From assembly GCA_030587475.2 (NCBI GenBank), contig JAUQYZ020000103.1:1-20963 (forward strand): 20,963 nt of DNA, read 5' to 3'. This DNA is from Candidatus Sigynarchaeum calidifontis. Lineage in GTDB: Archaea; Asgardarchaeota; Lokiarchaeia; Sigyniarchaeales; Sigyniarchaeaceae. Below, one piece after another: positions 16,160 through 20,963 of this stretch (position 1 is the stretch's first letter; each line of letters begins with the position of its first letter). The notes below the pieces were generated by a model that was not told the DNA's origin, did not search any database, and saw nothing but the letters and a program-made list of their open reading frames with translations. Position numbers and translations under genes: made by a program.

Positions 16160-17248
16160 TCAATCATCGTCTATAGATTGCTTTTTACTCGCCTTTTCCG
16201 ACGCCTTGAAGGCCACGCCGCCACCTGGGCAGGAACGGCAGGATCCATCCTTGTGCTTCTCGCACGCGGGATCGCCAGGCTTGAAATAGCGCGTCGGGAA
16301 GAATTCCGGCTCCACGATGCGCGTCGATATCAAGATCTGGGAATCTTTCACGCCCGGCTCCGTCTTGGGCGAGCACGTGTTGATGAAGGCTTGCAATTCG
16401 TCGATGCCCTCGGCGATGATGCCGTAGATCAGGTTGTATTTCCCGACCGACTCGAAGCAGAACAACATGCGAGGGCAGTTCTTGTAGAGCTCGATAATAC
16501 GTTGGGTGTCGACGGCGGAACCGGTTTCGAGCAGCATGATCCCTATAACTACTTTGTATTTCTGGAGATTCATGGTCGCCTGGATGCGAATCGCGTCGGC
16601 CTCCAATAACTTCGTGATACGATTCTTCACTCCGACGTGTGAATAGCCTTGCTTGTCCTCGACCGACAGCTTCTCGCCAATGTCGACGAGCTTCATCCGC
16701 CCGTCCTGGGATAGAAGGCTAATGATTTGCTTGTCAACCGGATCAATATCCGAGAGTGTTCCCCGCTCCTTGATTTTCTTTTCCAGCTGCTCGTAGTTCT
16801 CCATGATGGCTTTCACGCGTGCATCGAGGAGTTGTTTTTTCATCTCCTCCTTGGTCTCGATGGTCACCTTGAGCCGCGTGCCGATGTCACGGATGAGAAA
16901 TGTCTCGAACTCGAGAAAAGGCAAATCCTGGAGGTAGAAGATGTCTATCTCGAGACGCTTGCCTGCAATGTCGATAGCCGTGTTTAACTTGTACGGCGAT
17001 TCCTTGAAGATGGCGGTCTTGTAGACCTTCCCGCCATATTTGATTTGGCTTGTCGTCACTTCCGGATACTGCATCGCCTGCGGGATAAGCATGACGACTT
17101 CCTCAAGTAACTGCTCAACGGATTCCGCATCGTCAGCGATCTTGGAGATGCCGTACAAGCAGTTGAGTTCCTTGACACGCTCCTTTAAATCGTGTTCGGA
17201 TTTCTCGAGGCGTTCGATAAGCTTCTTTTGAGATTCCACGGTCGTCAC
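16160..17248 (-). CDS. Lrp/AsnC-family regulator with N-terminal GAF-like sensor and C-terminal Cys tail
   Basis: ERVKELNCLYGIS..IPQAMQYPE N-domain; IDPVDKQIISLLSQDGRMKLVDIGEKL..VKNRITKL HTH; CPRMLFCFESVGKYNL RAM-like domain; PACEKHKDGSCRSCP tail. GTG start. Confidence 0.88.
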   Translation of the reverse strand: MTTVESQKKLIERLEKSEHDLKERVKELNCLYGISKIADDAESVEQLLEEVVMLIPQAMQYPEVTTSQIKYGGKVYKTAIFKESPYKLNTAIDIAGKRLEIDIFYLQDLPFLEFETFLIRDIGTRLKVTIETKEEMKKQLLDARVKAIMENYEQLEKKIKERGTLSDIDPVDKQIISLLSQDGRMKLVDIGEKLSVEDKQGYSHVGVKNRITKLLEADAIRIQATMNLQKYKVVIGIMLLETGSAVDTQRIIELYKNCPRMLFCFESVGKYNLIYGIIAEGIDELQAFINTCSPKTEPGVKDSQILISTRIVEPEFFPTRYFKPGDPACEKHKDGSCRSCPGGGVAFKASEKASKKQSIDDD

Positions 17249-17680
17249 TTAAGTTTTGTAACCAATGATCAACTGTAATTTGCCAGATATGAATAAGATA
17301 TAAAGTTTTTCCGATATTTTTTCAAACATTATTTATATCTTAATGACAATTCCATCATCGACTATCTACCTTGATGAAAGAAATGTAACCCGGAGGTACG
17401 CAGTGCGTGTCCTATCGTGTAGCAGCCTTATAGCATTAACGGAAATGGAAATAATCCCGTGGAACGCGCTTTCTTTTTTACCAAGGAATACGACAAGTTC
17501 ATTTCCTTTTTGCACATCTGGAACCTTTCTAGTTTCAAATCACCAGAAGATTCCAGCATTCCTTTACATTTTGTAGGTTTTTTAGACTCCTGGCAAATCT
17601 TATAAGGGCGATGAAATTACTTAATTTTTATTGGTGATTTTCGCATATTGCGCAAGATCGTGCATTCGCAGTGATCTATA
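17249..17680. promoter_or_regulatory. AT-rich divergent promoter region (regulator / pyrG)
   Basis: 432-bp non-coding gap with TATA-like ATATAAA (~17298-17304) and CTTATAAG (~17599-17606). Confidence 0.5.
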
Positions 17681-19348
17681 ATGACAAAATTCGTTTTCAT
17701 TACCGGGGGTGTTATGAGCGGTATTGGAAAAGGCGTGACCACTGCTAGCATAGCGAAATTGCTCCAGTTCAGGGGTTACAAGATTTCTATTGTCAAGATC
17801 GACCCGTACTTCAACATCGATCCGGGCACGCTATCGCCCATCGAGCACGGCGAGACGTTCGTCACCGAGGATGTCTGGCAGTACACGCCTTTTAATCAAT
17901 GCAATGACACGTTCAAGATCGCCGAGCTCGACCAAGATTTCGGCACTTACGAGCGGTTCATCGGAAAAAACATCCATCCATCCCACAACATCACGTCTGG
18001 CCAAGTTTTCATCGAGATCATCTTGAAAGAACGCCACGGCGAGTTCCTCGGCAAGACCGTCCAGCTCATTCCCCATGCCACGGACGCTATCAAGGCGCGC
18101 TTGCATCAAATCGCCAAGGAAGAACAACTCGAAGTGCTCCTCGTCGAGTGCGGTGGAACGGTCGGGGACCTGGAAAGCATGATCTTTCTCGAAGCGTTCC
18201 GCCAGATGCGACTCGAACACGAGGGCGACACGTGTCTCATCCACGTGACTCTCGTCCCGTACAACGAGTCGGTGGGCGAGCTCAAGTCCAAGCCCACGCA
18301 GCATTCCGTGCGGCAGCTGCAATCCGCGGGGTTACAGCCCGATATCGTGATATGCAGGAGCGCGATCGCGCTGGATGATGCCTCCCGAAAAAAGATCTCG
18401 CTGTTTTGCAACGTCGCCCCGGGCCGGGTTATATCGAACCCCGACATCGGCACGATATACGAGCTGCCGCTCATATTCGAAAAACAATCGCTCGGGGATT
18501 CCATATGCTCGATCTTGAGACTCCAGCCTCGCCTCATCGAATTCTCCCCTGTCGAGAATTACTCCGAGTGGAAAAAGCTAGTCGAATTATACAAGATACA
18601 TCCTAATGGCATCATCAACATCGCAATGCCGGGCAAGTACACGAAAAACAAGGATAGTTACGTGAGCATCAACGAGGCGCTCAAGCACGCGGGTGCACAT
18701 AACGGTGTTGAGATCAAGATCAACTGGCTCGACACGGAAAACTTGGACAGCATATCCGAAATCGAAAAGAATGACGGCGTTTTGCTTACCCCTGGCTTTG
18801 GCGGCCGGGGTGTCGAGGGCATGATCGCGGCAGCCGATGCGGCGATTGCCAAAAAAATCCCATATCTAGGCATCTGCTATGGATCGCAGTTGCAGTTCAT
18901 CGCGTTGTGCCGGCGTTTCCTTGGTTATGCCGATGCGAACACGACCGAGATCGACCCGAAAACACAGCATCCCGCAGTCGACATGCTCACTGATCAACGG
19001 AGTATCAACATGCTTGGCGGGACCATGCGGCTCGGGGCGCATGCGATATATATCAAGCAAGGTACGCGATTGCACGATGCATACAAGAAAGACGTGATAC
19101 ATGAACGGTTCCGGCACCGCTTTCACATAAACAACGACTATGCAGCGCAACTAGGACGACATGGTCTCGTCATATCCAGCACGGACAAGTCTGGCGAGAT
19201 CATCAACTCGATCGAGATGGCGGGCGAGCAGTTCTGCGTCGGCGTCCAATTCCACCCCGAGTTCAAGTCCCGGCCATGGGCCCCGTCACCCATTTATGAT
19301 GCCTTCGTCAAGGCGTGCAAAGCATATCGAGATAGGTCTCGTGCGTGA
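17681..19348 (+). CDS. pyrG: CTP synthase (divergent)
   Basis: GGVMSGIGKG, KIDPY.NIDPGT.SP.EHGE, YERF, GGTVGD.ES, KSKPTQHSV, GKY, GICYG (Cys nucleophile), GGTMRLG, QFHPEF. Confidence 0.96.
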   Translation: MTKFVFITGGVMSGIGKGVTTASIAKLLQFRGYKISIVKIDPYFNIDPGTLSPIEHGETFVTEDVWQYTPFNQCNDTFKIAELDQDFGTYERFIGKNIHPSHNITSGQVFIEIILKERHGEFLGKTVQLIPHATDAIKARLHQIAKEEQLEVLLVECGGTVGDLESMIFLEAFRQMRLEHEGDTCLIHVTLVPYNESVGELKSKPTQHSVRQLQSAGLQPDIVICRSAIALDDASRKKISLFCNVAPGRVISNPDIGTIYELPLIFEKQSLGDSICSILRLQPRLIEFSPVENYSEWKKLVELYKIHPNGIINIAMPGKYTKNKDSYVSINEALKHAGAHNGVEIKINWLDTENLDSISEIEKNDGVLLTPGFGGRGVEGMIAAADAAIAKKIPYLGICYGSQLQFIALCRRFLGYADANTTEIDPKTQHPAVDMLTDQRSINMLGGTMRLGAHAIYIKQGTRLHDAYKKDVIHERFRHRFHINNDYAAQLGRHGLVISSTDKSGEIINSIEMAGEQFCVGVQFHPEFKSRPWAPSPIYDAFVKACKAYRDRSRA

Positions 19349-19352
19349 TCGA

Positions 19353-19390
19353 TTTTTTTTTACGATAATGAAGAAAGAAAAGAATATTTC
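19353..19390. terminator. Bidirectional terminator between convergent pyrG and glutamate synthase genes
   Basis: T9 at 19353-19361 (+) and an A-rich AAGAAAGAAAAGAA tract (pyrimidine/T-rich on the minus strand). Confidence 0.55.
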
Positions 19391-19393
19391 TGT

Positions 19394-20963
19394 TCAATAA
19401 CGACCCGAGAAGATCTGGTCCTTGACCTCTTCAAGATCGAGTGTATCCTGCCGCTCGACCCCGATATTCCACGTTTTACAGACTTCGTATGCGTTGTCAG
19501 ATATACATGCAATGTCACGTCGATCGATCAGGTTGAGCTTGAACTTGCGGACGCCCGCGAGAAGTTGCTTGAGGCCCGTGCCGAGGCGGTTCGTGAAATA
19601 ACTATAAACTCCCATGGCGCCACCAGATATTTGCTTGCCCGGGTACTTTCGCTTGAGCTCGTCGGCAACGATAAATGCCTCCTCCATCGTGAGCGAGGCC
19701 GGGTCCTTGGCCTTGTCAAAACCAAGGGCTTCCAGCATTGCCTTCGTGACCGAGTGTTCCTTGATAGACTTTTCGACGAAGGTGCCTTTCATAGCCGCTG
19801 TGATGGGCGCCCGAGCCATGGCTATGCACGTGACGTACGGCGCGCCCATCGCGATGGCCTTGAACATGTGGGTCTCGTTGGCGAGGCCGCCGGCGATCGC
19901 GATGGTCGGGATCTTGGCGCTGGGCGTCTTGTGCTTGATCATGTCGAGGCAGCCCGTGACCAACGCTTCGAGGTAGACGGTCGGGATGGAACCCTCGTTC
20001 ATCATCGTGACCGGGGACATGCCGGTGCCACCACCCGCGCCGTCGAACGTCATGCCGTCGACCTTGCCCTCGACACCGAGGCGTATAATCCACGCCGTTG
20101 CCGAGGGGCGATACGCGCCGGTCTTGATAAAGAGGTTTTTGATGCCCATAGCTCGGACCTTGTCTAGGCTTTCGAGGAAGGCCTCGGTTGACGTGATGCC
20201 CACGCGCGAGTGGCGCTCGAAGTCCATTATGTGTCCCGACTTGTATTGTTCGATCACGTCCGGGTTGAACGGGTCGGGGATGACCAGATAGCCGCGCTTG
20301 GCGAGAAGCTGGGCGCGCTCGAGCGATTCGAGCCGCACCTCGCCTCCGATGGCCTTGGCACCTTGCCCGAATTTTTCCTCGAGGCTCTTTACCTCGAGCT
20401 TGCTCGTGACGTACTCGAACACGCCGAGGCGCGTATCCTCGACGTTTCGCTGGATGATGATGTCCCCGTTCTTGCCATCCCAGAATTCTCGATACGTGTT
20501 CACGCGGAATTTCATGTCCTCCGTGTCGACGACGCGAGGATACTTGTTGCCGTTCTCGAACTTGGCATTTGAGTCCATGCCACACACGTTTTCGCCGACC
20601 GTTATGGAGCAGCCTGACAAGGCCGCACCATGAGCCAGGCCTATCCAGTTCCGCTTGGCGACGTAGGTCGACCCGAGACCCGCAATGACGATCGGCAGCT
20701 TTTGCGGGATATTGCCCCATCTCGTCGTGATGTCCGCGTTGGGGAAGATCGCCTTGTCCATGTCCTCGTCGATGCCCTTGGCTCCCCGGACCTCGAACTG
20801 GATCTGGAAGTCGCCGAAGGAGAGGCCGTAATCCTTTGGCGTGCCTGCGGTTGAATCGCCGAAATATTCTCTCAAGGGATACAAGGTCTCACGACCTCGA
20901 AGGGCCGACTTGCTGACTTCGCAGAACACGGGACAATCAGCGATGCAGATCGGACACAAGCCC
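19394..20963 (-). CDS. FMN-binding glutamate synthase family protein (stand-alone domain 2, COG0069-like); 5' end beyond the window
   Basis: Frame is open to the right edge (..GLCPICIADCPVFCEV). GLGST, VGENV, KFGQGAKAIGGE, IKTG, DGAGGGTGMSP, AGG, MARA. Confidence 0.9.
   Translation of the reverse strand, partial: GLCPICIADCPVFCEVSKSALRGRETLYPLREYFGDSTAGTPKDYGLSFGDFQIQFEVRGAKGIDEDMDKAIFPNADITTRWGNIPQKLPIVIAGLGSTYVAKRNWIGLAHGAALSGCSITVGENVCGMDSNAKFENGNKYPRVVDTEDMKFRVNTYREFWDGKNGDIIIQRNVEDTRLGVFEYVTSKLEVKSLEEKFGQGAKAIGGEVRLESLERAQLLAKRGYLVIPDPFNPDVIEQYKSGHIMDFERHSRVGITSTEAFLESLDKVRAMGIKNLFIKTGAYRPSATAWIIRLGVEGKVDGMTFDGAGGGTGMSPVTMMNEGSIPTVYLEALVTGCLDMIKHKTPSAKIPTIAIAGGLANETHMFKAIAMGAPYVTCIAMARAPITAAMKGTFVEKSIKEHSVTKAMLEALGFDKAKDPASLTMEEAFIVADELKRKYPGKQISGGAMGVYSYFTNRLGTGLKQLLAGVRKFKLNLIDRRDIACISDNAYEVCKTWNIGVERQDTLDLEEVKDQIFSGRY

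Noticed and set aside
17461-17474. NrpR operator-like GGAA-N6-TTCT
   Set aside because: Imperfect, single, and absent upstream of glnA where it would be expected.
13144-20720. Long antisense or alternate-frame ORFs (e.g. 13144..14001, 15338..15931, 19716..20720)
   Set aside because: They fully overlap well-supported genes and are expected from GC-rich third codon positions.

Overview
Archaeal chromosomal DNA, most likely from an Asgard (Loki/Sigyn-like) lineage. This rests on a tRNA-Gln with an A1:U72 pair and no encoded CCA, TATA-type promoters, oligo-T terminators and a putative longin-domain gene. I see no mobile element or CRISPR array. The left half (1-9.6 kb) holds: a minus-strand tandem longin-like gene missed by the ORF track, a radical SAM enzyme, a circularly permuted ribosome-biogenesis GTPase, tRNA-Gln(CTG), folD, an unusual Cys4/acidic-repeat/RPC34-like winged-helix protein, a hypothetical gene, a DUF89 phosphatase, a 550-bp structured intergenic region, an acyl-CoA synthetase alpha subunit and a membrane-anchored protein. 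The right half (9.7-21 kb) is a glutamine-centred cluster: a degenerate KaiC-like + ATP-grasp + putative phospho-His 'dikinase-like' protein, glnA (flanked by related hairpin repeats), purF, a GAF-like/Lrp/Cys-tail regulator, a divergent pyrG and a stand-alone FMN glutamate synthase subunit. This cluster is the best candidate for an undescribed nitrogen-regulatory system. All family assignments are by eye from motifs; no searches were run.
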